DNA of 64,000 bases from an uncultured Planctomycetota bacterium (GCA_963737655.1 CAVTTN010000002.1:7456001-7520000); one strand, 5' to 3'. Positions 21,172-32,384 are shown, counted from the first letter of the stretch. Program-made: numbers and translations. The notes: generated by a model from the sequence alone, not told the origin.

Positions 21172-22332
21172 ATGAAGTGTGCCTCGGCCCTGTCGATCGC
21201 GAGGAATTCGGCCTCGGCGTTCTCCGACGTCGTGGGCCGGACCGCGGAGGCGATGGGCGGGGGCGCGCCCGATCTCGCGGTGGCGTTCGTCTCGGCCCAC
21301 CATGCCGACAAGCTCGGCGACCTGGCCGAGATGTGCCGGGGCGAGGCCCTCGGGGCCCGGCACTTCCTGGCCTGCACGGGCGAGACGATCGTCGGCGACG
21401 GGCGCGAGGTCGAGGGGGCCACGGCCGTCTCCCTCTGGGCGGCGAGGCTGCCGGAGGGGTCCGAGGTCCGGCCGATCCGCCTGGAATGGTCGGAGGACGG
21501 CATCGCCGGGCTGCCCGAGGGCCTTTCCGGAGGCCCGGAATCGCGGGTCGTCCTGCTCCTGGTCGATCCGTTCAGCTTCCCGCCGGACCGCCTGTTCCTG
21601 ACTTTGGAATCGGCGGCGCCCGGCCTCCGGGTCGTCGGCGGGATGGCCAGCGCGGCCCAGGCCCCGGGCGGCAATCGCCTGGCCCTTGGGTCCCTGGTGT
21701 TCGATGACGGGGCCGTCGGCCTCGTCCTGGACGTGGCCTCGGCCCGGGTCCGCACGGTCGTCAGCCAGGGGTGCCGCCCGGTGGGCCGCCCTCTGCTCGT
21801 CACGGCCGCCGACGGCAACCTGATCCAGGCCCTCGGCCGGAGGCCCGCGACCGAGGTCCTCCGCGAGACGTACCACTCCGCCGACGAGGCCGACCAGGCC
21901 CTCATGCGGGGCGGCCTCCATGTGGGCCGCGTCATCAATGAATATCAGGACTCGTTCGGGCGCGGCGACTTCCTCGTGAGGAACGTGATGGGGGCGAGCG
22001 ACGAGGCGGGGATCGCCATCACCGAGCTCGTCCGGGTGGGCCAGACCGTCCAGTTCCACGTCCGGGACGCCGAGACGGCCGACGAGGACCTCCGCGCCCT
22101 CCTGGCGAAGGAGGGCGAGCGGCCCGGGGTGGCCGGCGCCCTGCTCTTCAGCTGCAACGGCCGGGGGACCCGCCTCTTCCCCTCGCCCGACCACGACGTG
22201 ACCGCCATCCGGGACGCGCTCGGCCCGATCCCCGTCTCCGGGTTCTTCGCGATGGGCGAGCTCGGGCCCGTCGGCGGCAAGAACTTCGTCCACGGATTCA
22301 CCGCGAGCGTCGCCCTGTTCGAGTCGTCCTGA
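21172..22332 (+). CDS. FIST signal transduction protein
   Basis: VVGGMAS, VSQGCRPVG, QFHVRD, LLFSCNGRG, GFFAMGELGPVGG..FVHGFTAS. Confidence 0.92.
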   Translation: MKCASALSIARNSASAFSDVVGRTAEAMGGGAPDLAVAFVSAHHADKLGDLAEMCRGEALGARHFLACTGETIVGDGREVEGATAVSLWAARLPEGSEVRPIRLEWSEDGIAGLPEGLSGGPESRVVLLLVDPFSFPPDRLFLTLESAAPGLRVVGGMASAAQAPGGNRLALGSLVFDDGAVGLVLDVASARVRTVVSQGCRPVGRPLLVTAADGNLIQALGRRPATEVLRETYHSADEADQALMRGGLHVGRVINEYQDSFGRGDFLVRNVMGASDEAGIAITELVRVGQTVQFHVRDAETADEDLRALLAKEGERPGVAGALLFSCNGRGTRLFPSPDHDVTAIRDALGPIPVSGFFAMGELGPVGGKNFVHGFTASVALFESS

Positions 22333-22413
22333 CCGGGCGGCCCGCGATCGCGACGCCGGGGAATCTTCATCCATGATCGCGTCCCTCGTTTTTCATGAGG
22401 GAGATCCAATCTC

Positions 22414-24025
22414 ATGACGACTCGTTCGAGGATTCGCGGAAGGCTCCGGGCGGCGTCCCTGCTCGTCGGGGCGGTGGCCCTGGCGGGGGCCGGGCTCTGG
22501 GTGGGCCGGGACCTGCTGCCCGACGCCTCGGCGAAGGCGATGCCCGACGTCTCGGCGGGATATCTCCACTCGGCGGCCGACGAGGCCCGGGTCTCGGCGT
22601 TCTGCGGCGATTGCCACCAGGCCCCTCGGCCCGACACGTTCCCCAAGGCCGCGTGGCCCGAGCAGGTCGCCCAGGGATATACGTTCTTCCAGAAGTCCGG
22701 CCGGGACCTCGTCCCTCCGCCGAAAGAGGCCGTCGTCCGGTTCTACCAGGAGCGTGCGCCCGAGGCCCTGCCCGTGGTCCCCCGGGAGGAGGACCGCAGG
22801 CCGTGGAAGGTCGCGTTTCGCCGGGGAGAGCTGGGCGATCCGGCCGCCGGGGCCGACCCGGCGATCGCCAACGTCCACCTGCTCCGGCTCGATGGCGGCG
22901 AGGCGTGGTCGGTGGTCGCCTGCGAGATGAATTCCGGGACGATCCTCGCGGCCGATCCCGAGTCGGCGTTCCCCTCGAAGGACGGCAAGCCCGCCGCGCC
23001 GCCCCGGGTCCTCAGCCGGGCCGTGAAGCATCCCGGGCACGTCGAGATGACCGACCTCGACGGCGACCACCGGCTCGACCTGCTCGTCGCCGAGCTCGGC
23101 ACGCCCATGCCCAGCGACGACCGGAAGGGGGCCGTGGTGTGGCTCAAGCAAGGGGCCGACGGCGCCTATTCGGCGATCACGCTCGCCTCGGGTCTGGGCC
23201 GCGTCGCCGACATCCAGGCCGCCGATTTCGACGGGGACGGGGACCAGGACCTGGTCGTCGCCGAGTTTGGCTGGCGAGACCTCGGCGCCGTCCTCTACTT
23301 CGAGAACCGGACCGGCAAGGACGGCGTCCCGAAGTTCGAGAAGACGATCGTCGATCCCCGCCACGGGGCGATCCACGTGCCGATCGCCGACCTCGACGGC
23401 GACGGCAAGCCGGATTTCGTCGCGGCGATCAGCCAGGAGCACGAGACCATCGTGGCGTTCCTGAATCGAGGCCCCGGCCGGTTCGAGGCGAAGGCCCTGT
23501 GGTCGGCGCCCCACCCGGCGTTCGGCCTGAGCGGGATGCAGCTGGTGGACCTCGACGGCGACAAGGACCTGGACGTGTTGCTGACCAGCGGAGACGCCTT
23601 CGATACCGTGATGCTCCGGCCGGACAACGGCGTGACCTGGCTGGAAAACCGCGGCGACCTCCGGTTCGAGCCCATCGGCTCGCCGCGCTCTACGGGCGCA
23701 CCGGGCCCAGGCGGCCGACCTGGACGGCGACGGCGACCTCGACATCGTCGCGGCCAGCTTCCTGCCGGAGGTCCTCTCGACGGCCACCGGCGTCCCCGAA
23801 GACCTCGACTCGCTGATCCTCCTGGAGCAAATCAAGCCCGGCGAGTTCCGCCGGCACCCCCTGGAACGAGGGGAATGCCACCACGCGACGCTCGACCTCG
23901 CCGACTTCAACCGCGACGGCAAGCCCGACATCGTCGCCGGAGTCTTCGTCAACTTCGACCTCCACCGAGGCGCCCCGAAACCGCCCAAGGACAAGGTCCA
24001 AGCCTGGGCCACCGTCTACAAGTAG
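22414..24025 (+). CDS. FG-GAP/VCBS repeat protein with N-terminal c-type heme motif; frameshift near 23680-23700
   Basis: N-terminal TM, FCGDCH, repeated DLDGDGDxDL. The second frame (codons from 23702) ends at TAG 24023-24025. Confidence 0.82.
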
Positions 24026-24120
24026 GGTGCATGAAATGCACCGTTATGTAGGGTGCATGAAATGCACCGTTATGTAGGGTGCATGAAATGCACCGTTATG
24101 TAGGGTGCATGAAATGCACC
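24022..24120 (+). repeat. Tandem array of family A REPs (26-bp period, 3 full + 1 partial)
   Basis: (GTAGGGTGCATGAAATGCACCGTTAT)x3 + GTAGGGTGCATGAAATGCACC. Confidence 0.95.
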
Positions 24121-24163
24121 AACCGGCGGCGGGCCAAGGCCCGCCCTCCGCATTCTCACCGAG

Positions 24164-25146
24164 CTAAGCCGCATCCTCGCCCGGCAGGCTCGGCTCGGCG
24201 CGGGCCGGACGGTCCCCGGCGGTCAAATAGATCCCGACCCCGACCAGCGACCCGCCAAGCACCAGCGGCAGAGTCAAAGGCTCGCCCTGGAACGCACGGC
24301 CGAATGCCACGCCGAACATCGGAGTCACGAACGCGACGGTCGCCAGTTGGCCGGCGGGGTACTTGCCCAGCAGGAGCAGCCAGACCGTGAAGCAGATCCC
24401 CGAGACCGCCACGCCCTGGAAGATCACCCCGCCGACCGACCCGGGCGTCGCTCGATAGGTGCCGAACCCCTCGAAAAGCCCGCTGTACGCGAAGAAGATC
24501 GGGATCGCCACCACCGATTGATTGAACAAAAGGGTGGCCGGCGGGATCAACGGGAACGTCTTCTTCTGGGCGATGGTCTGGATCGCGAAGATGAGCCCCG
24601 AGGTCAGGACGACGACGTCCCCGCCCAAAAATCCGCTCCCGGCCCGGAACGACGAGGAGAGCACCAGGGCCACCCCCGCCGCCGCGCACCCGAGGCCGAG
24701 GATCGATCGCGGCCCCAGCCTCTCGCCCAGGAGGAGCCACGCCAGGGCGCGACGATCAGCGGGTGAACATTGATGAAGATCGACGAGCGTCCCGCGGCGC
24801 TATGGCTGGTCCCCCAGTTGAACGTGCCGATCTGGAGGGCGGTCAGCAGGCCGTGGATCGCCAGGAGGCCCCAGAGCTCGCGGCGGACGAGGATCGGCTG
24901 GCCCACCAGGCGGCAGACCATCGCCAGGATGGGCAGGCTGATCAGGAATCGGAACCCCGCGCAGCCGAACGGCGGCAGCGCCGGGACGGCGAACTTCACG
25001 GCCACCGCGTTGCCTCCCCAGAGGGAGCAGCACAGGATCATCACCATCACGCCGAAGGCGTCGAGCGATCGCGCCGGCGCCCTCGCCGCGAGTCGATCGG
25101 CGCGGCCGGGTCGTCCGTGGTCGTCCGTGAGCGTCGCCTCGGCCAT
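24164..25146 (-). CDS. DMT/EamA family transporter; frameshift near 24745
   Basis: LWGGNAVAVK, AGFRF, GTSHSAAGRS, GDVVVL, FVTPMFGVAFG...GEPL. Confidence 0.85.
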
Positions 25147-25343
25147 CGTCGATCCCGATCCGGCTCGCGCCGAGCTCGGTCCGGCGGGAATCGTCGGCGA
25201 GTCGGGCGAAGGATCATACCACGGCGCCCGGGGCCGAAGGCAGGCGGGCCCGGCCCGCGATCCCGAGCGAAGCACGGGCCGATCGGGTACGATGGTCCGG
25301 CCTCTCGCCCGCGTCGCGATCGGAAACTGGGGAATTTGCCATC

Positions 25344-27197
25344 ATGTTGATGCCTCGGCGAAGTGGATTTCTCGGCGTCGTCGCCCTCGGCCTGCTCGCC
25401 CTCGGGGCGAAGGCCGCCCCGCCCGACGACCCTCGGTTCGACGTGACCGAGGCGATGGTCCCGGCCCGGGACGGAGTCCGCCTCCACACCCGGATCTTCC
25501 GCCCGAAGGACCAGGCGGGCGACCTGCCCATCATCTTCCTGAGGACGCCCTACGGGATCGGCAACGCCGAGCGCCACCTCGCCTCGTACATGGCGGCCCT
25601 GGTGCAGGAGGGCTACATCTTCGCGTTCCAGGACATCCGCGGCAAATTCGGCTCCCAGGGCGCGTTCGTGATGATGAGGCCCGCCCGAGACCCGGGCGAC
25701 CCGAAGGCCCTGGACGAGGGCACCGACACGTACGACACCATCGAATGGATGCTCAAGAACGTGCCGAACAATAACGGGAAAGTCGGCATGATGGGCATTT
25801 CCTATGATGGATGGACGACCCTGATGGGCAGCCTCGAACCCCACCCGGCGCTCAAGGCCATCTCGCCCCAGGCCAGCCCGGCCGACATGTGGCTGGGCGA
25901 CGACTTCCACCACAACGGCGCCTTCCGATTGAGCTACGGATTCGAATACGCCGCCATGATGGAGGCCGGCAAGGAGACCAAGCACTTCGCGTTCGACCGC
26001 TACGACACGTTCGACTGGTATCTGGAGCTCGGCCCCCTGGCCAACATCAACGCCAAGCACCTCCGGGCCAAGATCCCGACGTGGAACGACTACGTCGCCC
26101 ACCCCGACTACGATGCATTCTGGAAGAATCAGACGCCGATCTCGCACATCCGTGACGTGAAGGTGCCCACCCTGAACGTGGCCGGCTGGTGGGACCAGGA
26201 AGACTTCTTCGGCCCGATCCGCATCTATGACGAGCTGGAAAAACACGACAAGAACGGCATCAATTTCCTGGTGGTCGGCCCGTGGAACCACGGGGGATGG
26301 TCGCGAGGCGCCGGCGACAAGCTCGGGCCGATCGCGTTCGATCAGGCCACCGGGAAGTATTTCCGCGACGACGTCCAGGCGCGCTGGTTCGCCCACTTCC
26401 TGAAGGACAAGGGCCCGCTCGACCTGCCCGAGGCGCTCACGTTCGAGGCCGGCTCCAACCGCTGGAGGCGATGGGACGCCTGGCCCCCGACGAAGCGGAC
26501 CGCCGAGCGCCGCCTCTATTTCGGGCCGGACAAGCACCTCTCGTCCGACGCGCCGACGAGCACCGAGGACTCGGCGGATTCCTTCGTGTCGGACCCCGCG
26601 CACCCGGTCCCTTACCGCCATCGGCCGATCCAGGCGACGTATTTCGACGGCGGCTCGAAGTGGCCGACCTGGCTCGTCGAGGACCAGCGGTTCGTGGACG
26701 GCCGCGCGGACGTCTTGAGCTACGAGGGGCCGGTCCTCCAGGAAGACCTCACGATCGCCGGGGACGTGGTCGCCCACCTGTTCGCCTCGACCACCGGCAC
26801 CGACGCCGACTGGATCGTCAAGCTGATCGACGTGTATCCCGAGCGGAACACCGAAGACTGGGACCTGGCCGGCTACCAGCTCATGGTCTCGTCCGAGGTC
26901 TTCCGGGGCCGCTACCGCCACGGCTTCGACAAGCCCGAGCCCGTGGCCCCGGGCGAGGTCCAGGAGTATTCCTGGAGCCTCCACACGCAGGATTACACGT
27001 TCAAGAAAGGACATCGGATCAAGGTGCAGGTCCAGAGCACCTGGTTCCCGGTCATCGACCGCAACCCGCAAACGTTCGTGCCGAACATTTTTGAGGCCAA
27101 GCCCGAGGACTTCCGCGAGGCCACGCACAAGGTCTTTCGCTCGGCGAAACACGCCTCGAACGTGACGATCCCGGTCGTGGCGGGCCCGTCGTCCTGA
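25344..27197 (+). CDS. CocE/NonD family hydrolase (alpha-amino acid ester hydrolase-like), secreted
   Basis: RDGVRL, RTPY, QDIRGKFGS, GISYDG, GWWDQED, GPWNHG, STWFP. Confidence 0.93.
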   Translation: MLMPRRSGFLGVVALGLLALGAKAAPPDDPRFDVTEAMVPARDGVRLHTRIFRPKDQAGDLPIIFLRTPYGIGNAERHLASYMAALVQEGYIFAFQDIRGKFGSQGAFVMMRPARDPGDPKALDEGTDTYDTIEWMLKNVPNNNGKVGMMGISYDGWTTLMGSLEPHPALKAISPQASPADMWLGDDFHHNGAFRLSYGFEYAAMMEAGKETKHFAFDRYDTFDWYLELGPLANINAKHLRAKIPTWNDYVAHPDYDAFWKNQTPISHIRDVKVPTLNVAGWWDQEDFFGPIRIYDELEKHDKNGINFLVVGPWNHGGWSRGAGDKLGPIAFDQATGKYFRDDVQARWFAHFLKDKGPLDLPEALTFEAGSNRWRRWDAWPPTKRTAERRLYFGPDKHLSSDAPTSTEDSADSFVSDPAHPVPYRHRPIQATYFDGGSKWPTWLVEDQRFVDGRADVLSYEGPVLQEDLTIAGDVVAHLFASTTGTDADWIVKLIDVYPERNTEDWDLAGYQLMVSSEVFRGRYRHGFDKPEPVAPGEVQEYSWSLHTQDYTFKKGHRIKVQVQSTWFPVIDRNPQTFVPNIFEAKPEDFREATHKVFRSAKHASNVTIPVVAGPSS

Positions 27198-27279
27198 TCC
27201 GGCATCGATCGACGGGCGGTGATTCTCCCCGGAGGGCCGAGGCCGGCCCTCCGGGGAGGATCGTTCTGAAGGGACTCCC

Positions 27280-29796
27280 TCACGGCCCGGGGTTGCTCTC
27301 CGCCGGGCTCGCGGCCTCGTTCGCGGCCTTGGTGCGTTCCTTGAGCTCCATTCGCAGCTTTTCCAGGCGGCTCAGCGGCTTGGAGGCGTCGGCCTTCGGG
27401 GCGTTCTCGGCGACGGCCGGCTTGGCGTTCGGGTTGGGCTTCCTCGGGGCGAGCGGGGCGTCGATTCGGAGGCGGCCCGAGCCGAGGTTGTGGACGATCG
27501 GCTCCCCGTCCTGGGTGACCACGACCTGGCAGAACAGGCTCTTGGTCTCGCCCACGGGCGAAGTCGGGTCGGTGGTCAGCTTGAAGACCAGATCGGTCGA
27601 GTCCTTGGTGATCGTCGCCGGGTCGGTGGTGACCTTGTTCGGCAGGCCGATCAGGGTGACCTTCGCCTCCCCGGGGAAATCGACCGCCTTGGTGATCTTC
27701 ACGCTCAGGACCGCGTCCTTGCCCTGCTCCACGCTCACGGCGTCGAGCTTCAGCGCGAGGAACGGCTGCGAGACGTTGAGCTTCGCGAACCCGGAGGACA
27801 CCGTGAGCCGTCCCGCGCCTCCGCCTCGGCGATTATTGCCCTGGGGCTGGCCGGGCGCGGGCGGAGGCGGGGGTTCGGTGTAGGTGCCGTTCACGACGAT
27901 CCGCCAGGTGGTCAACTCGGCCCCTCCGTTGGCGTTCAGGGGGATCACGGCCTCATCCTTGCCCTCGGGGATCGTGATCCCTCCCTTGGAGGCGATCCCC
28001 GGCGGGTTCCAGGGCAGGGCGACGGCGATCGGCGCGGTGAAGCCGGGCTTCCTCTTCGCGATCACCTTGAGGTCCATCGTGCCTCCCCGGACGATCGGCA
28101 CCCTGGGCTCGACGATGTCGAGGGTGAACGGCGCCTCCTCGGTCACGGCCACGGCGAGGGAATCGACCGTCCGGGTCCAGAACGGGACGTTGTTCGCCCC
28201 CAGGACCAGCTCGGCCGTGCTGAGGAACTCGGCGGGGATCTCGTCCTTGGAATCGACCGGCTTGCCCGAGACGCTCGCGAGGGTCGCGCCGAGGGGGGCG
28301 TCGGCCTCGGCGGTGAACAGCACCGGCAAGGTGGAATTGCCGGCGGTCATCGGGTCGATCTCGGCCTTCACGCCGGGCGGGAGGTCGGCCAGGTCGATGT
28401 TCAGGGCGCCGCCGAAGTCGGTCCGATTCGCATTGATCAGGATCGCCTGGCGGTTCCCCTTCGGGACGGCCACGGCCATCACGCCGGTCCCCCGTCGGAG
28501 CGATTCGTTCGGCGGGCTCAGGATCAGCCTGGGGCGGACGGGGCTGATCTCGACCCGGTACGCATAATCGGGTCCGCCGTTCTTCAAGTGATCGGCCACG
28601 GAGATGAAGTATTCTCCATCCTTGGGTGCGGTGAATCGTGCATAGCTGTCGGGGCCGTCGGTGTCGTCGTTCCGCGCGATCCGGCCGCCCCCCTTCGCCG
28701 AGATGGTCAGGACCGAGTCGAGCGGCGAGCGGATCTGGCGGGCGAACATGCGGATGTCGAACGTCTGCCCCTTGGTGGCCTTGAACACGTACTGATCGAC
28801 GTCCCCGGGGGCGCCGATCACGCCGTTCAGGGCCCTCGGGGCCTCGAACGGGGTGGCCTGGGCCGGCGAGTCGTTGGGCTCGGCCTCCATCGCGTTGCCG
28901 AACGGGCTCAGGCGGAAGGCGTTGGGATAGGGGGCGGTCCCCCGGTCGTCCTGGGCCACCAGGCCGAAGAGGCGGTCGGGCGAGGAGGGCAGGGTGACGG
29001 TCGTGGTCCGGTCGCCGAGCACGTCGCCGATCCACCGGATCGTCAGGGTCTCGCCGAATTTCCCGCCGGCCGGGACGATCGCCGTGGGCCGGGGGAAATG
29101 GCCGACGTGGAGCCGATACAGGCAATTGGCGTTGCCGGCGAAGGCACTCTCGCGGGCCGCGACGATGTACGTGCCATCTTCCGGGGCGACGAGCGAGACG
29201 AAGCCGTCCTGCCAGATCAGCGCCGAGTCGTCGGAGGAGGCCAGCTCGAACCTCCGGGAATCGAGGATCGCGACGTAGGGGTCGAACAGGGTCAGGCCGA
29301 GGCGGATGCCCTCGATCTCGGCGGTGATCCGCTCGCCCTTCTTCGCCGAGATCGCGTAATAGTCGATGTCCTCGTTGGCCGCCACGCCGTTGACGGTCAC
29401 GTTCATGTCGATCGGCTGGGGCTTGGCGAAGTCGTTGTTGGGCTCGACTTCCTCGACGTCCTTCAGGGCCCCGACGCTGAAGGTCCTCAGAGACGTGATC
29501 CCGGAGGCGGTCCTCAGGCGGAAGTCGTGGAGGCCGAGCGGGGCGTCGGCGGCGACGTGGAAGGTGGCGGTCACCGCGTTGTCCTTGCCCGCCTGGACGT
29601 CCGAAACCGTGATCCCCTTCTCGTAGAAGAGGAACTCCTTCGCGTCGCCGAGCCTCTGGCCGGTCACGGTGACCTTCACGTCGGTACCCCTCTGGCCCCC
29701 CAGCGGCTTCATGCCCCGGATGGCCGGGCTGACGGCCGAGGCGGGGCCGGCGAGGATCGTCAGCGCGATCAGGCAGGCGGCGAGCGTCGATTTCAT
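27280..29796 (-). CDS. Planctomycete-type secreted PPC-repeat protein
   Basis: Signal peptide, PLGGQRGT, EVEPNND, EAEPND, DVDQY.F, SPLDS, NDD, YAYRVE. Confidence 0.8.
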   Translation of the reverse strand: MKSTLAACLIALTILAGPASAVSPAIRGMKPLGGQRGTDVKVTVTGQRLGDAKEFLFYEKGITVSDVQAGKDNAVTATFHVAADAPLGLHDFRLRTASGITSLRTFSVGALKDVEEVEPNNDFAKPQPIDMNVTVNGVAANEDIDYYAISAKKGERITAEIEGIRLGLTLFDPYVAILDSRRFELASSDDSALIWQDGFVSLVAPEDGTYIVAARESAFAGNANCLYRLHVGHFPRPTAIVPAGGKFGETLTIRWIGDVLGDRTTTVTLPSSPDRLFGLVAQDDRGTAPYPNAFRLSPFGNAMEAEPNDSPAQATPFEAPRALNGVIGAPGDVDQYVFKATKGQTFDIRMFARQIRSPLDSVLTISAKGGGRIARNDDTDGPDSYARFTAPKDGEYFISVADHLKNGGPDYAYRVEISPVRPRLILSPPNESLRRGTGVMAVAVPKGNRQAILINANRTDFGGALNIDLADLPPGVKAEIDPMTAGNSTLPVLFTAEADAPLGATLASVSGKPVDSKDEIPAEFLSTAELVLGANNVPFWTRTVDSLAVAVTEEAPFTLDIVEPRVPIVRGGTMDLKVIAKRKPGFTAPIAVALPWNPPGIASKGGITIPEGKDEAVIPLNANGGAELTTWRIVVNGTYTEPPPPPAPGQPQGNNRRGGGAGRLTVSSGFAKLNVSQPFLALKLDAVSVEQGKDAVLSVKITKAVDFPGEAKVTLIGLPNKVTTDPATITKDSTDLVFKLTTDPTSPVGETKSLFCQVVVTQDGEPIVHNLGSGRLRIDAPLAPRKPNPNAKPAVAENAPKADASKPLSRLEKLRMELKERTKAANEAASPAESNPGP

Positions 29797-30098
29797 GATG
29801 AAGCCCGTGGGTCGAGAGGGCGAGGAGGCGGGAAGGTCCGAGGCAGGCCATCCGGGAAGAGTGTACCCGAGATCCGGCGCGAGGCCAGTCGGATCGGGGC
29901 CGCTTCTCCCTTCACGCCCCATTGGAATCCCCTCGGGCCGCCGAGTCCAGGGGGCAGCGAGGAAGGAGGTTCGAAATTGAGATATGGGCGGGCCCGTCGC
30001 TCTCGCCCTGGACAGCCCCGGCGATTCCGGCTTCAATGGACGCCCGATCCGCCGGATGAACGTCAAAGCATATCAAACCATCCAAGGAGGAGACGCCG

Positions 30099-30494
30099 AT
30101 GGCCCGATCGATCGCCACCCACCTGATGTTCGAGGGCGCCGCCGAGGAGGCGATGGCGTTCTATGTGTCGCTCTTCCCCGGCTCGGAGATCGCGACCATG
30201 GAGCGTTACGGGCCGGACGGACCCGGGCCCGAAGGCACCATCAAGGTGGCCACCTTCCGCCTCCTGGGGCGCGACTTCCTGGCCATCGACAGCCCGATTT
30301 CCCACGCCTTCACCTTCACCCCGTCGATGTCCCTGTTCGTCGAATGCGAGGAGGAGGCGGAGCTCGACGGCCTCTTCGCGAAGCTCTCCGACGGGGGAGG
30401 CGTGCTGATGCCGCCCGGCGACTACGGGTTCAGCAAGAAGTTCGCGTGGCTGAAGGACCGCTTCGGCGTCTCCTGGCAACTCAATCTGGCCTGA
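30099..30494 (+). CDS. VOC/PhnB-like protein
   Basis: HLMFEGAAEEAMAFY, FTFTPSMSLFV, WLKDRFGVSWQL. Confidence 0.92.
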   Translation: MARSIATHLMFEGAAEEAMAFYVSLFPGSEIATMERYGPDGPGPEGTIKVATFRLLGRDFLAIDSPISHAFTFTPSMSLFVECEEEAELDGLFAKLSDGGGVLMPPGDYGFSKKFAWLKDRFGVSWQLNLA

Positions 30495-30519
30495 ACGCCG
30501 GGACGAACGGGTCAGGATT

Positions 30520-30658
30520 GCTCGGTAGAAAACCCCGGTGATCGAAAGGGATCCAGTAGGTCCGACTTCAGTCGAGCCTACAAAAAAGGTCTTGTTTCAT
30601 AGGCCCGACTGAAGTCGGACCTACTCGTTGGCCCTGGGCGAACCGGGTTTTCGACAGT
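30520..30658. mobile_element. MITE-like wrapper B with inverted REP doublet
   Basis: GCTCGGTAGAAAACCCCGG...GTAGGTCCGACTTCAGTCG..CCTAC-A/T spacer-AGGCCCGACTGAAGTCGGACCTAC...CCGGGTTTTCGACAG. Confidence 0.78.
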
Positions 30659-30764
30659 GAGTGCAGGTCAGGAATCGAAACCCGTGGCGCTCGTCTTGGA
30701 TCGCGAGGGGCCTCGGGTGGACGGTAGAGGTCGGGCTGGACGCGACCGCGGGACTTCGCCGACT

Positions 30765-32384
30765 CTACGCCAGGGCCGGCTCCGGGGCGCGCGCCTTCCA
30801 CCATCGCGAGGCGGCCTTGGCGTCCCATTCTCCGGCCGAGGCGCAGGAGAGTAAGGCGTCGGCCAGCGAAAGGGCGTCGGGGAAGCGGTCGTCGGGCTTC
30901 TTTTCCAGGCACTTGAGGATCACGGCCTCGAGGTCCGCCGGGATGTCGGGCCGGAAGACCGAGGGGGCGACGACGGGGTCTCTCGCGTGGGCGATCATGA
31001 CCATCGCCGCGCTCGCCGCATCGAACGGAGGGCGGCCGGTCAGGAGGAAATAGGCCACGGCCCCCATCGAATACAGGTCGGTGCGACGGTCGATCGAAGG
31101 GCTCGCCGTGGCCTGCTCGGGCGACATGAAATGAGGAGTCCCGCGGACGGTCCCCTCCCGGCTCAGGGCGGGCGACTCGTCGTCGAGGGTGTCCTTCACG
31201 AGGCCGAAATCGAGCACCTTGGTCGTGTCGGCCCGGCCGCCCCGGGTCGAGGCGAACAGGTTGGCGGGCTTGATGTCGCGATGGATGATCCCGGCCGAAT
31301 GCGCCTCGGCCAGGGCGTCGCAGGCCTGGGTGAGCAGGTAGATGACTCGCCCCGGGGGCATCGGCCCGGCCTCGGCCACGAGGTCTTCCAGGCTCATCCC
31401 GGGGAGGTATTCCATGACATAGAAGAACGTCCCGTCATCCGACCGGCCGAAGTCGAACACCTCGATGGTGTTGGGGTGGGTGAGCTTGGCCGTGGCGCGG
31501 ACCTCGCGCTCGAACCGGGCGAGGGCGCGGGTGTCCGAGGCGTTCTCGGGCCGGATCAGCTTCACGGCGCAGGGGCGCTTCAACAGCCGATGCTCGGCCA
31601 GGTAGACCTCGCCCATCCCGCCCTGGCCGAGCTTCCGCCCGAGCTTGTACTGGTTGAGCTGCCGGGCCTCATACGCCTCGACCCGCAAGGCGTTGATCAC
31701 ATAAGCACCGAAGATCGAGAGGGCCGCGCCGGTGAGGCCGAACAGGAGGTTCTCGGTCAGGATGTCCAGGCTCAGGCCGGCGCGGGCCAGGCGGAAGACC
31801 TCGGGATGAACGAGATAAATGACCATCTGCGTCGAGATCGGCAGGGCCGCCAGCGTCAGGAGCACCCGGGCGGCCCTCCTCCACGTGTTCGGCACGAGCA
31901 TGGCGTAGGAGAACATCAAGAGCATCCCGCCCATGATGGTCGTCTTGGCCATCAGGGGGAGCATCGCCGGGTCGTTCCTGGAGGCGCCGACGGTGTCGAG
32001 GTATTGCCGGATCGCCAGGAACAGGCCCATCACGCCGAAGATCGCGTATTCCAGGGGCCTCAGGCCCTTCTGGGGGATCGCGACGGGGGCCGAGAGCAGG
32101 GCGAACACCGCCGCCATCAGCGCGATGGCCGAGGCGTGAAGCGGCCAGTGCGACCCCTCGCCGAACAGGAGTCGCCGGACGAGAAAGACGATCAGGACCA
32201 GGAAGAAGAACCCCGCCGAGGCGCGGAGCCTCGTCTGGCAGAGCCGGCTCGTCTCGTCCGAAAGCTTGCCCCCCACGCCCACCTCGGGCCGAGGCGCCGG
32301 GGGTGGCCAGACCGCGGTCTCGGCCCGGGAATTCCCCCCCGCGGACGACTCGAACGGGTCTTCATTCGGCCGATGGGGCGGCAT
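30765..32384 (-). CDS. Ser/Thr protein kinase with multi-TM N-terminus
   Basis: LGQGGMGEVY, AVK, HRDIKPAN, DFG, GTPHFMSPE. Confidence 0.93.
   Translation of the reverse strand: MPPHRPNEDPFESSAGGNSRAETAVWPPPAPRPEVGVGGKLSDETSRLCQTRLRASAGFFFLVLIVFLVRRLLFGEGSHWPLHASAIALMAAVFALLSAPVAIPQKGLRPLEYAIFGVMGLFLAIRQYLDTVGASRNDPAMLPLMAKTTIMGGMLLMFSYAMLVPNTWRRAARVLLTLAALPISTQMVIYLVHPEVFRLARAGLSLDILTENLLFGLTGAALSIFGAYVINALRVEAYEARQLNQYKLGRKLGQGGMGEVYLAEHRLLKRPCAVKLIRPENASDTRALARFEREVRATAKLTHPNTIEVFDFGRSDDGTFFYVMEYLPGMSLEDLVAEAGPMPPGRVIYLLTQACDALAEAHSAGIIHRDIKPANLFASTRGGRADTTKVLDFGLVKDTLDDESPALSREGTVRGTPHFMSPEQATASPSIDRRTDLYSMGAVAYFLLTGRPPFDAASAAMVMIAHARDPVVAPSVFRPDIPADLEAVILKCLEKKPDDRFPDALSLADALLSCASAGEWDAKAASRWWKARAPEPALA

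Noticed and set aside
24022..24120. CRISPR array
   Set aside because: Identical 5-nt linkers rather than unique spacers, no cas genes, and the unit equals a dispersed REP.
30099..30494. PhnB-like gene as part of the phosphonate pathway
   Set aside because: It is 15 kb away, and PhnB-like VOC proteins have no established role in C-P cleavage.
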